A stretch of DNA of 63,119 bases, filler included, from Octopus bimaculoides (GCF_001194135.2; 6 parts of 6 records of this genome joined end to end with filler, not necessarily neighbours in it); one strand, 5' to 3'; positions 41,637 to 54,494 are shown, counted from the first letter of the whole stretch. Numbers and translations are program-made. The notes: a model not told the origin generated them from the letters alone.

Positions 41637-41851
41637 CTAAAGCAATTAAGGTTCAGATAATCACATGCTACATGCACAGTTGATGCATGTGGTAGGTGCA
41701 CAAGACTGCATTCTTTGCTTCAGCATAGTAGCATACCAAATTTCTACTCAATGCATTAATAATGGATACATCAGAAGGCACATTATTCTAGGAATCAAAC
41801 TATATTTTATCAATATCATCACTGATTATTCTTCCAATATTTCATTATTTT

Positions 41852-41914
<63 letters not shown>

Positions 41915-43260
41915 GTATATATGTGTATGTATATATATATATATATATATATAATATAATAAAAAGATTAAAGTAAATATCATAAGATAAATATAAAATA
42001 TGTGTATATATATAATATGCATGTGTATATATATGTATGTATATATGTATATATGTATGTATGTATATATATATATGTATGTATGTATATATATATATAT
42101 GTATGTATATATATATATATGTATGTATATATATATGTATGTATATATATATATATGTATGTATATATATATGTATGTATATATATATATGTATGTATGT
42201 ATATATATATATATATGTATGTATATATATATATATGTATATATATGTATGTATATATATATATATGTATATATATGTATATATATATATGTATGTGTAT
42301 ATGTATATATATATGTATGTGTATATATATATATGTATGTATATGTATGTATATATATATATGTATATATATGTATGTGNNNNNNNNNNNNNNNNNNNNN
42401 NNNNNNNNNNNNNNNNNNNNNNNNNNNNNNNNNNNNNNNNNNNNNNNNNNNNNNNNNNNNNNNNNNNNNNNNNNNNNNNNNNNNNNNNNNNNNNNNNNNN
42501 NNNNNNNNNNNNNNNNNNNNNNNNNNNNNNNNNNNNNNNNNNNNNNNNNNNNNNNNNNNNNNNNNNNNNNNNNNNNNNNNNNNNNNNNNNNNNNNNNNNN
42601 NNNNNNNNNNNNNNNNNNNNNNNNNNNNNNNNNNNNNNNNNNNNNNNNNNNNNNNNNNNNNNNNNNNNNNNNNNNNNNNNNNNNNNNNNNNNNNNNNNNN
42701 NNNNNNNNNNNNNNNNNNNNNNNNNNNNNNNNNNNNNNNNNNNNNNNNNNNNNNNNNNNNNNNNNNNNNNNNNNNNNNNNNNNNNNNNNNNNNNNNNNNN
42801 NNNNNNNNNNNNNNNNNNNNNNNNNNNNNNNNNNNNNNNNNNNNNNNNNNNNNNNNNNNNNNNNNNNNNNNNNNNNNNNNNNNNNNNNNNNNNNNNNNNN
42901 NNNNNNNNNNNNNNNNNNNNNNNNNNNNNNNNNNNNNNNNNNNNNNNNNNNNNNNNNNNNNNNNNNNNNNNNNNNNNNNNNNNNNNNNNNNNNNNNNNNN
43001 NNNNNNNNNNNNNNNNNNNNNNNNNNNNNNNNNNNNNNNNNNNNNNNNNNNNNNNNNNNNNNNNNNNNNNNNNNNNNNNNNNNNNNNNNNNNNNNNNNNN
43101 NNNNNNNNNNNNNNNNNNNNNNNNNNNNNNNNNNNNNNNNNNNNNNNNNNNNNNNNNNNNNNNNNNNNNNNNNNNNNNNNNNNNNNNNNNNNNNNNNNNN
43201 NNNNNNNNNNNNNNNNNNNNNNNNNNNNNNNNNNNNNNNNNNNNNNNNNNNNNNNNNNNN

Positions 43261-43778
43261 AAATCCTGCGTTATCAGTTGAAGAATTGGCAATAAAGCTT
43301 AGTTCAAACCATACAACTGTTCATCGTCATCTTCAACAACTTGGAAAGGTTCCTAAACTTGGAAAATGGGTGCCTCATGAATTGTCTGAAAGCAACCGCA
43401 ATTCCCGAGTTGATATCTGCTCTTCTCTCCATTCTCGCAAACTCATTTCACCCTTTTTGGATAGACTTGTGACCGGTGACGAAAAATGGATTTTCTATCG
43501 AAATGTTAAATGTCGTAAACAGTGGCTTGGTAAAAGGGAAAAAGCTCAATCACAACCGAGAAGGGAACTTCATGGGAAAAAGTTTCTTCTCTCTATCTGG
43601 TGAGATTGCAAAGGAGTAATTCACTTTGAATTGTTACCACCTAATGCAACAATCAATGCTCAAGTCTACTGTCAGCAATTAGAGCGTTTGAACCAAGCTT
43701 TGAAGAGAAAAAGACCCGCTTTAGTGAATCAAAAAAGAGTGATGTTTCGTCAGGACAATGTGCGACCCCACACTGCTA
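43261..43778 (+). mobile_element. Mariner transposase fragment (5' end in gap, 3' truncated)
   Basis: WVPHELS, LVTGDEKWIFY, LSIW*DCKGVIHFELL and QDNVRPH motifs; internal stop. Confidence 0.95.
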
Positions 43779-43815
43779 TTTAACAGTGTCAGACGATGTA
43801 TGTTATGCTCTAGTA

Positions 43816-44115
43816 CAGAGGTTCTCAAACTTTTTAGGCCACCCACCCCCTGTTATGACCACATAATACCCTCAGCGCCCCCACCCCTAATTTTATGTAT
43901 ATACAAATATTTTATATTTTACTAATTTATATATACTAGGAATCCTTTGATATTTAATATAATATTATATAATTTGTATGCAATACTATAATAATATTAT
44001 AATAAATTCATAGCATCCCCAAATTCATTGCCTTCCTCCCCAACGCCTCCTTTTTCTCTGCTGCCCCTCCACCCACTGCCCCCTTAAGGACCAGCGCCCA
44101 CTTTGAGCCCCTCTG
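43816..44115. mobile_element. hAT (Charlie/Buster-type) MITE
   Basis: TIRs CAGAGGTTCTCAAACT / CAGAGGGGCTCAAAGT; perfect 8-bp TSD CTCTAGTA at 43808-43815 and 44116-44123 (nnnTAnnn). Confidence 0.92.
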
Positions 44116-44574
44116 CTCTAGTATCTCGTCTGGTATGGCGTCAATGGCAGATGCTCTTCTTAATGTCAACCAATTTACGAAGTAATCTGAGGGCGTTTTT
44201 TTTTTCTTCTTGTGTCACCACTACGAGTGAAGATTGCCTTGTAACTTGCAAGGCTAAGGACCCAAAGTAGCCCCTATAACTGAGGGGCTGAGTGGGAGGG
44301 AGGCAGTATGTGATGATTCTGGGTTAAGGGATGAGAGAGGGTGAGATGAGGGGAATGGATTTATAGTTGTAATAGAGTGAGAGTGAGAAAGCGTGTTGTG
44401 TGTGTGTGTGGTTTGTTTACATTTACTCTTTGTGAAAGTAACGCGTGTTGTCTCTTCTCCCGTCAACCACTCACCTGTTCACTTCACACCTTTGCAAAGG
44501 TGTGAAATAAGAGAATCTCTTACTTGAAAATCAAGGGTTGGTGACAAGAAGTTTGGTTAACTATAATTCAATGA

Positions 44575-44678
44575 TACAATTCTGTATTTAAGAGATGAGG
44601 AACTATGTACATTTTGGCGTAGTGGTTAAGAGCGTGGGCTACTAACCCCAAGATTCCGAGTTCGATTTCAGGCAGCGA

Positions 44679-44723
<45 letters not shown>

Positions 44724-44872
44724 CAACATGGAAAAATACCCTAGGAATGAGAACCCAGGTTTGAAATTTCCCCAATACACCTGATGAAGGCTGGAGGGTA
44801 TATCAGCCGAAACGTTGTGTTAACAACAAACAAGATGAGGACAAATATCCGTCAAATGTAAATAATGTATAA
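44575..44872 (+). mobile_element. tRNA-headed SINE family D containing a hammerhead ribozyme, preceded by an inverted copy of its own 3' tail
   Basis: A box TGGCGTAGTGG (44615), B box GAGTTCGATT (44658), (AAT)n spacer, hammerhead at 44776-44821. 44575-44613 matches the reverse complement of 61326-61364. Confidence 0.85.
44776..44821 (+). ncRNA. Minimal type-I hammerhead ribozyme motif
   Basis: ACAC-CTGATGA-A-GGCTG(loop)CAGCC-GAAA-C-GTT-GTGT. Stem I ACAC/GTGT, 5-bp stem II, palindromic AACGTT in place of stem III. Confidence 0.75.
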
Positions 44873-46820
44873 TCCAATGACTCGATAATGTTCCACTCTG
44901 CAGCAGATTTAGTTTATTGCAAGCATTTTGGATCAAGTCTCTGGTCAGAAGAGGAATTCTTCTCGTCTTTCTATTAGTCTTGGAGCCACTGAAAAGAGCC
45001 AAAATTCTGGCTGGCCTCCCTCATCACACTTGGTCATTAACAATGGACAGCATTGTTTGATTACGTTAGAAGCTGCCGCAATAATATTAACACAAATGAT
45101 TAAATAGAAAATCTAAAGAGGTGTATATAATGTCTGTTGGTATGGCAGGAGATTGATGCTTACTGGTAAAATAAATGTTTCATGACATCACAGATGATTT
45201 AGCCTCTGTTTGTTACCAACATCTGTTAGAATATTCCAGTTAATGGCAACTATGAAGAATTATTCCATATGTTTTATGGCCTCTCTCTCTAGTTCTGTGA
45301 TTCATTGTTCTCAGTATTGATTTTGTCGAGGTTGATATTTACCTTTCATTCCCTTTGATGTCTGACTAAATATACAACAAGGAATGTATCGAGTTTTATT
45401 CATTCCGCTCTATTGATCTTGCATTTTCTTTGTGCCGAAAAGGGATTTTTGTTCCTAATAAAATTGTTATTGTAATTTTCCTAAAACTGGTCCCTCCAAA
45501 TCTTATTTTATGTAGGTAATATGGGATAACAAAAGAGTTAAAGGAGATTTTATTTTATATTAGAAATGTGCAGCAAGGCAGCAATTTGGTAGAATTGTTA
45601 ATGGTTGGAACAAAGCCTTGCAATATTTCTCTTGGCTCAAATTCCTGGCTAAATTTGTCTTTTACCCTTTCATTGATCAAATAAAGTACCAGTCAGATAT
45701 TGGAGTTAATGTAATCAACTTACCCCCTCCTCCGAAATTGCTGGCCTTGTGCCAAAATTTGAAACCATTATTATTATCATCATCATCATCATCATTATTA
45801 TTATTATTATTGAGTAAAAGAGCAGCACATGTCGTCCAAGTGACATGGTTACAAATATATGAAACCCAATATACCCATCATGACTACCCATCTGATAAGG
45901 GGACACCAGACACACGCATCACAACCATATGTGCAAGACATGGTGATCTTGTATCAAGATAAACAGTGCATGACCTTGCAGTTGGGGGCCCAGTTTGGAT
46001 TTTCTTCAGATTGAGTAGGCCATTTCACTCAAAAGGTCCCCAAATAAGGTTTGCTTAAGCATGATGAATGAAACATCTATGTTTCCAGAAGTGGATTATT
46101 CTAAACCAAAAGAATTTCTCACAACACATGGCTATGCCCCCCCCNNNNNNNNNNACTTCTGCTCGTGAGCAGAGATGCAGATATTGTCACTTATCAAGGA
46201 ACATGCTCAACTGATTAAGGTCAAGCAGCAACTGACAAGTAATTCTAAGGTTTTGAGCAGAATATTTGTTGTAGCCCATCTTTTACACCAAGAAAATACA
46301 TGTAGATGTTAACACTTCTAGTCATTTAAGAACAGAAGCCATGAGAGCCAGTACCTGGTATTGAATCAGGGCATTTATCATCGTCAACATCATCATCATC
46401 ATCATTATTATTATTATTATTATTATTATTAATATTATTATTATTACAGTGAGCTGGCAGAATCGTTAGCAATGCTTGGCGAAATGCTAAGCGGTATTTC
46501 ATTTGTCTTCATATTTAAATTCATCATCTTTAAATTCCACTGAGGTTGACTTTGCTTTTCATCCTTTTGGGGGTCAATGAAATAAGTACCAGTTGAGTAC
46601 TAGGGTCAATGTAATCGACTAGCCCCTCCCTCCAAAATTTCATGCCTTGTGCCTTTAGTAGATGGATTATTATTATTATTATTACTACTACTACTACTAC
46701 TACTACTACTGGAAATTAAGTTGAATGCCTGAATAACATCTTATAGCTTCATCAGAGCCTCAAATATGAAGAGCAATTTATTTGGGAAAAGAACTACATT
46801 TATGCACACACACACACATA

Positions 46821-46859
<39 letters not shown>

Positions 46860-47832
46860 NNNNNNNNNNNNNNNNNNNNNNNNNNNNNNNNNNNNNNNNN
46901 NNNNNNNNNNNNNNNNNNNNNNNNNNNNNNNNNNNNNNNNNNNNNNNNNNNNNNNNNNNNNNNNNNNNNNNNNNNNNNNNNNNNNNNNNNNNNNNNNNNN
47001 NNNNNNNNNNNNNNNNNNNNNNNNNNNNNNNNNNNNNNNNNNNNNNNNNNNNNNNNNNNNNNNNNNNNNNNNNNNNNNNNNNNNNNNNNNNNNNNNNNNN
47101 NNNNNNNNNNNNNNNNNNNNNNNNNNNNNNNNNNNNNNNNNNNNNNNNNNNNNNNNNNNNNNNNNNNNNNNNNNNNNNNNNNNNNNNNNNNNNNNNNNNN
47201 NNNNNNNNNNNNNNNNNNNNNNNNNNNNNNNNNNNNNNNNNNNNNNNNNNNNNNNNNNNNNNNNNNNNAGCATTACCGATGAGAAAGCAAAACACCTTTA
47301 TGGGGGTATGAAAACCAGGGTCTCCTCCCATAAATGGAATAAAGTTACACACACACACACACACACACACAGAGGTATTTGCATGTGTGTACTTCCTTGT
47401 CGTGACATCATAGAATTGTTGTAAACAAATTTCTCCCACACACAATTGCTGTCCTTCAATCTCAATTTTCCATGGAAAAAATGTTCAGCCATGAGGTTAA
47501 TATTAGCTTGCTTGGAAACAGGTGAAGGTTGGCAACAGGAAAGGCATCTGGTCATACAAAATCTGCTTCAATGACTTCCATCTGACCCATGCAAGTATTG
47601 AAACTTGAGATGTAAAAAGGACATCAGTGATGATGTAATAGTATTACTTATCCATTTCAGATTATGCAACATATGTTATTTAGTGCATAATTAATTAATT
47701 AATTAACATTGTTATCATCCAGTATAATAGGCTGATGGCTTTTGTTATTTATCATGTAGTTCTGTTCTAGGTTCAATCTTGCTTATTGTTTCCATTAAAG
47801 ATCTGATGAAAAGCTGTCATGTCTGAACTTAC

Positions 47833-47885
47833 CGTTTTTCTCGATGACACTAAATATTCTTCATTGAATGAGAAGTCTGTTTTGT
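47833..47885 (-). CDS. Candidate 53-nt exon ((D)KTDFSFNEEYLVSSRKT), phase 1 to 0
   Basis: Acceptor ccatttttactcag and consensus donor ACG|gtaagt; only one frame is open. Confidence 0.45.
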
Positions 47886-48787
47886 CTGAGTAAAAATGGT
47901 TGGTTCTCTTGAGACTGATTGGCATTCACTGACTAATTACTGTGTTCATTAGTTGCTTACTTTCAACTCTGCATCAACTAAACTTCTGTTTGTTAATCGT
48001 TACAAGAACTCTGATAACATTCCTGTTTCTGTGGTCTGATACTGTTCTTTTGGAGTCTTCTTGTCTTCAATAAGATCTTATTTGGAAGGATAACATAACT
48101 GACACTCCATCAGTTACAATGAGGATTGTTCAAGTTGATCCGATCAACAGAACAGCCTGCTCATGAAATTAACATGCAAATGGCTGAGTCCTCCACAGAC
48201 ACGCATACCCTTAATGTAGTTCTCGGGGAGATTCAGCGTGACACAGAGTGTGACAAGGCTGGTCCTTTGGATTACAGGTACAACTCATTTTCACCAGCTG
48301 AGTGGACTGTAGCATCATGAAATAAAGTGTCTTGCTCAAGGACACAACATACCACTGGGTGTCAAACTCATGACCCTCAGGTCAGGAACCAAGTATCCTA
48401 ACCGCTAAGCCATGTGCCTTTCTTTTGTAATTCCCTACAGATGAAAGGGTCGCTTGAGGCTTGTTTTATTGCTGTTTGTTTACTGGTTTGTTGGCAGTGA
48501 ATTCTAATGCAAAAGAAATTTTTTAAAGTGAAAGTGGGGAGAAAAGAGTAGGGCAGTGGCCATGATCTTTTATAAGATCTCTGAAACTAGTGGAAGGTAG
48601 GGACAGGGGGCAAGAAGGTGTCCTCAAATCAGAGACTGGGTCCAAATGCATGGACCAATAGAATGGTCCCCACTTATTCATTGGGGAATGTAACCATCAC
48701 ATCATGGGGCTGATTTGCTTGACTCAACCCTTCAAGGCAGCAGTGCTCCAGCATGGCCATAGTCCAATGACTGAAATAAGTCACCAT

Positions 48788-49030
48788 CATTATCATCGTC
48801 ATTAATGTCCACTTTTTCCATGCTTGCATGGGTCAGAAGGAAAATTTGTTGATGCAGATTTTCTATAGTTGGATGCCCCTCTTGTCCTCAACCCTCTCCT
48901 TGATCCAAGCAGGGTAATAGCTTCTCCATGGTCAGACATGTTTTGCATGGGGTATTGGAAATGAGTGACACTGCTTGTATGACAGGGACTCTCATTTACA
49001 GCTATCATGCAATGTCAAGACAATATTTCA
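48788..49030 (-). mobile_element. Second RTE-tailed repeat family (related copies at 6015-6160, 34735-34870, 37990-38135, 47500-47635)
   Basis: Shares the ccatgcaagcatggaaaa...gatgatg tail but has a different body. Confidence 0.65.
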
Positions 49031-49049
49031 CAATGCATGCACACTTGCA

Positions 49050-49090
<41 letters not shown>

Positions 49091-49545
49091 ACATACAGAG
49101 ATGATGGGCTTCTTTCAATTTCTGTTAACCAAATCCACCCAAGGGTTTGGTCAGCCTAGGACTATAACAAAAAGCACTTAGTCAAGGTGGTGCACAGTAG
49201 GATTGAACCAGAGACCATAAGCTTCTCAACCAGATAGCCACATAATAAAAGAATACAAAAAAAAAATATGTCATTTGCAAAGAAAAAAAGAAATCAAGGA
49301 AATCAAAAATTAACAAGAATAGCAAATTCAGGATTCTACAATCTGCATGCTTCTTTCGCTTTCACTATCAAGATGCAAAGCTATTTCTCTTGGAATGGAA
49401 TCTGACAGCCAGAACACCATTGTTCAGTGGTGCATTCCATTGAGAAGAGAATATTTCTTCAAGCTGTCAGCTTCTCTTTTCCACTTCCCAAATTGCCTCA
49501 AAATGAAGTCAATCTTCCTTCTCTGCCGATTCATTTCATATTAAC

Positions 49546-49618
49546 CTTGATTCCGAATATGGCTGCCCAGGCAACAACCAGTGCACCGAAATATATCGGA
49601 AAATGTTCTCAGTGCCAT
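49546..49618 (-). CDS. Candidate first coding exon of gene Y (MALRTFSDIFRCTGCCLGSHIRNQ)
   Basis: Acceptor cttattttgcag (49630-31), Kozak-like AGGATGG, donor AAG|gttaat with phase 1 matching the next candidate exon. Confidence 0.35.
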
Positions 49619-50493
49619 CCTGCAATTAACTGCAAAATAAGATTACGGTAGCCATTTATCCTTTACCTTTTACTTGTTTCAGTTATGAGATTGCGGCCAT
49701 GCTGGGGTACCACCTTGAAAAATTTTTAGTTACACATATTGACTCAGTACCTTTTTTTTGAACCTGATATTTATTCTATGGATCTCTGTCAAACTGCTAA
49801 GTTATAGGGACATAAACAAACCAACACTGTGTCCCTCACCACTGCTTGACCACCAGACACAATCACACACACACACAATCACACACACACACAATCACAC
49901 ACACACACATATGAGTGTGTTTGTATGTATGTATGTGTGTGTGTGTGTATCTCCAAGATGCAGATAAGATAGAGATTTTTATTTATTTACGGCCTCAAAC
50001 ATCTCATACCTTTCGCGCTTTAGTCTGCCCTCTATTATTTATCTTGTCTCTCTCCATGAAATTCAATTGAATTCAGTTTTTGTCTTAAATTCATACTTAT
50101 TCATTCTCTAAGCTTCCTAAATTCATGCTACGTATATATTCTATTCACCTAGATTTCATTGCTCTTTTAAAAATTACGATTTATGCATTGTTGTCTCTCA
50201 AATATTTAAAATCTACGATTAAGAGGCCTATCTCCTCGNNNNNNNNNNNNNNNNNNNNNNNNNNNNNNNNNNNNNNNNNNNNTTAATTAATTAANNNNNN
50301 NNNNNNNNNNNNNNNNNNNNNNNNNNNNNNNNNNNNNNAAAAAAATATTCAGACAAATACATAACAAAAACACCAGGACTTACAAATATATATAACATAC
50401 AGAAAATTGCACTACTGGGCACTGCACACATCCTACGCAAAACACTTTCAATACAGTAACCATAAGAGCATCACAGCAAACCACAGCACGTAC

Positions 50494-50560
50494 CCAAGGC
50501 ACACAGAGCTGCGCTCGGTAGTGAAGTGAAAGCACGTTATAAAAATAAAACTACTGAACA
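50494..50560 (-). other. Candidate non-coding first exon of gene Y in a CpG-rich patch (5' boundary approximate)
   Basis: Donor TGG|gtacgt at 50493, with locally CpG-rich sequence at 50.4-50.8 kb. Confidence 0.3.
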
Positions 50561-51781
50561 ATAATAATAATAATAATGATAATGATAATAATAATAACAA
50601 CAACAACAACAACAACAATAAACCATATGACAACGATGTCGATGAAACTAAGTACGAGAACAACGACGAAGAAATCGGCGAAATCGCTGATGATGATGAC
50701 TACAGAAAATGACGCTGTCTCTGACGATTGCGATGATAATAGTAATTTTGATAAACCACGAGCATGACACGCACTAAATTAGTAAGGAAAAGATGCATTT
50801 CATGTAAGCAATAAATAATCCTGTTGCATTTTAGTGACATATTGATTTCATTTAGTATTACTTGACAATGACATGGTTAGTAGGTGCTAAGAACGTTATT
50901 TTCTATTTCCCTAATGATTTACAAAATTTTATTACCGGGTCAGTATAATCAAAAGAGAAAGTATAAAGTTAACACAACAACGATTATATTCACCCTGACT
51001 AATTACATTCAGTCAATCATAATAGTGTGGAAATATCAATTTAGACACATACGTGCGTGTTATGTGTGCCCGTGGATTTGTGAGTGTACGTACATACACA
51101 CAAGCATATACGTAATACCACGTACATGTATATATATATNNNNNNNNNNNNNNNNNNNNNNNNNNNNNNNNNNNNNNNNNNNNNNNNNNNNNNNNNNNNN
51201 NNNNNNNNNNNNNNNNNNNNNNNNNNNNNNNNNNNNNNNNNNNNNNNNNNNNNNNNNNNNNNNNNNNNNNNNNNNNNNNNNNNNNNNNNNNNNNNNNNNN
51301 NNNNNNNNNNNNNNNNNNNNNNNNNNNNNNNNNNNNNNNNNNNNNNNNNNNNNNNNNNNNNNNNNNNNNNNNNNNNNNNNNNNNNNNNNNNNNNNNNNNN
51401 NNNNNNNNNNNNNNNNNNNNNNNNNNNNNNNNNNNNNNNNNNNNNNNNNNNNNNNNNNNNNNNNNNNNNNNNNNNNNNNNNNNNNNNNNNNNNNNNNNNN
51501 NNNNNNNNNNNNNNNNNNNNNNNNNNNNNNNNNNNNNNNNNNNNNNNNNNNNNNNNNNNNNNNNNNNNNNNNNNNNNNNNNNNNNNNNNNNNNNNNNNNN
51601 NNNNNNNNNNNNNNNNNNNNNNNNNNNNNNNNNNNNNNNNNNNNNNNNNNNNNNNNNNNNNNNNNNNNNNNNNNNNNNNNNNNNNNNNNNNNNNNNNNNN
51701 NNNNNNNNNNNNNNNNNNNNNNNNNNNNNNNNNNNNNNNNNNNNNNNNNNNNNNNNNNNNNNNNNNNNNNNNNNNNNNNNN

Positions 51782-51815
<34 letters not shown>

Positions 51816-52165
51816 TGTGTGTGTATCTTTATATATGCATATATTAGAAGTTTGGGAGGTAATGTACAGATATATATTACAAAAATAAGGTATTCAGAGA
51901 TCTCGATGGCTGTACATATAGAAATATTTATTAACATGTCATATGTTTTTAAAAATCACATATTTTCATCCATTCTAATAGATTCTTCAGATTTAAATTG
52001 TGTGAAGTGAATCGTCTCTTTTTCATAGTATTGGTGAATGGGTTGGTGTGGAGAAGGAGAGAGAGAGTGGGAAAAGAAGAGTAATGTGGAATGTAAAGGG
52101 TAGGAGAAGAGGGAGAGGAATGGAGGGATTAGTGGAGGGAGTAAATGAGAATGAGTGTGTTTGAG

Positions 52166-52209
<44 letters not shown>

Positions 52210-52559
52210 TGTGTGTGTCCGTGCGTGTGTGCGTGTGTGCCTGTGTATCTGAAAGGAAGTGTTTTAAACAGGCGATAAAGACAAAGAATATTTTTAAGTC
52301 GGTGGCTGGAACAGATGCTTACTTTGGTTCAGTCTGATAGAAAAATGTTTTCAAAGTGAAAAAATGTCTTTTCTTAATGTCAATGGAAAATAGAAGGAAT
52401 GAAAGGAAGGAAGAAAGAAAGAAAGAAGGAAAAAATGTGTTTATATCTATACAGTTGGTCAGTTCTTTCAATAGAAGATGACAAGTTGATTCTTGTTCTG
52501 TGAAAATAGCAAGACCAGGTGGTTACACTAAGGAAGGGGGTCTGTTTTGATGAGGAATA

Positions 52560-52948
52560 ATGAATGTTATTTTTCAGAGGGCTTTAACCGGGGCAATCAT
52601 CAACAACAACTGGTGGTTCGCCCTGAAGCGGGCAATTAGAGCAGAATCAATTAGGTTTAGTAAGGCTCTAGCTGTAGAACGTAAGAAAACAGAGCGGGAT
52701 TTAGTTAACAAACTAGACCAGGCTCTTAGGACAGGCATCGCAACCGACGTGTTAGCAACGAAGTTGGCCCTCGACCAACACTTTGATGCCAAGTATGAAG
52801 GCTGCGGTATCAGAGCTAAAGCACTTTCGGTAAGCGGGGAGGGGACTAAGACCGCTCGATGGGCCCGCGTGGTTGAGGCGAAGCGTGGGAACAGAGCGAC
52901 CATTCGGTCTTTGGTGGACCACAACGACTGCGAGATTTCGGAACCGAA
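52560..52948 (+). mobile_element. Tx1/L1-clade LINE ORF2 fragment (endonuclease-RT linker), cut by a gap
   Basis: Open 130-aa frame WWFALKRAIRAESIRFSKALAVE...EGTKTARWARVVEAKRGNRATIRSLVD, resembling Tx1-type ORF2 linkers (recognition, not a search). Confidence 0.7.
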
Positions 52949-53048
52949 NNNNNNNNNNNNNNNNNNNNNNNNNNNNNNNNNNNNNNNNNNNNTTAATTAA
53001 TTAANNNNNNNNNNNNNNNNNNNNNNNNNNNNNNNNNNNNNNNNNNNN

Positions 53049-53079
<31 letters not shown>

Positions 53080-53319
53080 TATATATAATACTCTCACGTA
53101 CACATGTAAAACATATATACATAACATGCATGCATACACACACGTACAATGCAGTGATATATACATCAAACACGAGTGCGAAACTGCAACTTCACTTCCC
53201 TATTCAAGCATGGATAATAAATGACTTCTGTGGACGGACCGTTCTCGATGTAGAAATCGAAAATTCTAGAGTCGAGATTAGATAAGACAAACACCTTGGC
53301 GCCAGAATCGAGACATGTC

Positions 53320-53863
53320 TTACATGTAACCACCGGAAGTTACTTGATAAGGATATTGTTCACGGTTATAGCGTTTGTAATGACGGGAAAATGTGTCCTG
53401 GTGTGATTCGTACTTCCGCTTAGTTGTGCCACAGTAATCAACTCGGCTGCTATCATCATAGTAGCTGCTGTTTGTGGTGTTGGTGTTGGTGTTGCTCGTG
53501 TTGTTGTTGCTGCCGCTGTTGTTGCTTATATTGCTGTTGCTGCTGCTGCTTCTGCTGTTGCTGTTGCTGTTGTTGGCGTTATTGTGAGTGCTGCTACTAC
53601 TATTCATATGCGCGTTGCCATCGTAACTTGTAGGCTGTTGCTGTTGTTGTTGTTGCTGCTGTTGTTGGTGATGCTGGTGATGCTGGTGATGGTGCGGATG
53701 ATAGACGTGCGGAGAGACGGCGTCAGGTGTGGGTGTCGTGTTTGGAACAACGGTAACAGCAGCTGCCCGACTGTAATTATCTGGATAGGTGTATGTAGAG
53801 TAATCGTAGGTCGCCGATGGTGTTCTCATCGTCTGATAGGCTGTGTAACTGTTGTTGTCGTTA
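53320..53863 (-). CDS. Probable terminal coding exon of gene X: Tyr/Ser/Asn-rich, poly-His/poly-Gln, ends ...YKRYNREQYPYQVTSGGYM*
   Basis: Acceptor ttatttcctttcgtcccacag at 53864-53865 and about 180 open codons of non-random composition. The stop TAA at 53320-53322 overlaps a possible AT|gtaaga donor, so the exon could instead be internal. Confidence 0.75.
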
Positions 53864-54204
53864 CTGTGGGACGAAAGGAAATAAGGACAATTAGCAGCCG
53901 ACCACTTCCAAAAAACATTAAGCAATCAGTAACAAAATGGAATCGAATTAACATTTGGAAAGGCAAATAAATTAATCAAGTAGTTAATAGAGATCATGTG
54001 TGGTTAAGAAGCTCGGTTTGGAACCACTTGGTTTCAAGCTCAAGACACCTACCGAAGTAGGATTTAACCCAGAACCATGTGGTTGGGAAGCAAGGACTGA
54101 AAAAGCATTGCAGTTTGAGCCGACCGAGAGCCTATGTCCTCCCCTGCAGTATCTGTAATACTAATAATACTAAGCAAACCAACAAACAAATCTACAGATT
54201 AGAA

Positions 54205-54457
54205 CAGTGTTTCTGAACTTTTTTAAGCTATGTACCCTTTTCATCTCTATTTTATTCGGGTGGATCCTCATAATCATTAAATGTTTTTTAAATCCTGTTA
54301 TATTTTCATGATTAAATATTAGTAGGAACTGTATTAAAAATTGTGAAAATATCTTGTGTATCGTAGGCGTAAAACCAAGTTATTGTCCATGAATTTTAAC
54401 TAAAAAAATCTTACATGGACCCCTGAGGGTCATATCAACCCCGATTGAGAACCATCG
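54205..54457. mobile_element. Older hAT-type MITE
   Basis: Ends CAGTGTTTCTGAACT / CGATGGTTCTCAATC; imperfect 8-bp TSD gattagaa / gacttgaa. Confidence 0.65.
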
Positions 54458-54494
54458 GACTTGAACTATTAACAATAAATAACATTGTGAAGCT

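Noticed and set aside
41826-43603. Long ORFs of 200-530 aa (also 9567-10385, 27303-27938, 46741-47445, 50884-52010)
   Set aside because: They consist of N-gap X runs and (AT)n/(GT)n translations; only the mariner part after 43261 is real.
44614-44682. tRNA gene call for the SINE heads (also 13573-13650)
   Set aside because: A and B boxes are present, but the acceptor stem does not close and each head runs into a SINE body.
50560-50770. Acidic plus-strand reading (NNNKPYDNDVDETKYENNDEEIGEIADDDDYRK*)
   Set aside because: No start codon or good acceptor; the region is better explained as promoter-proximal low-complexity sequence.
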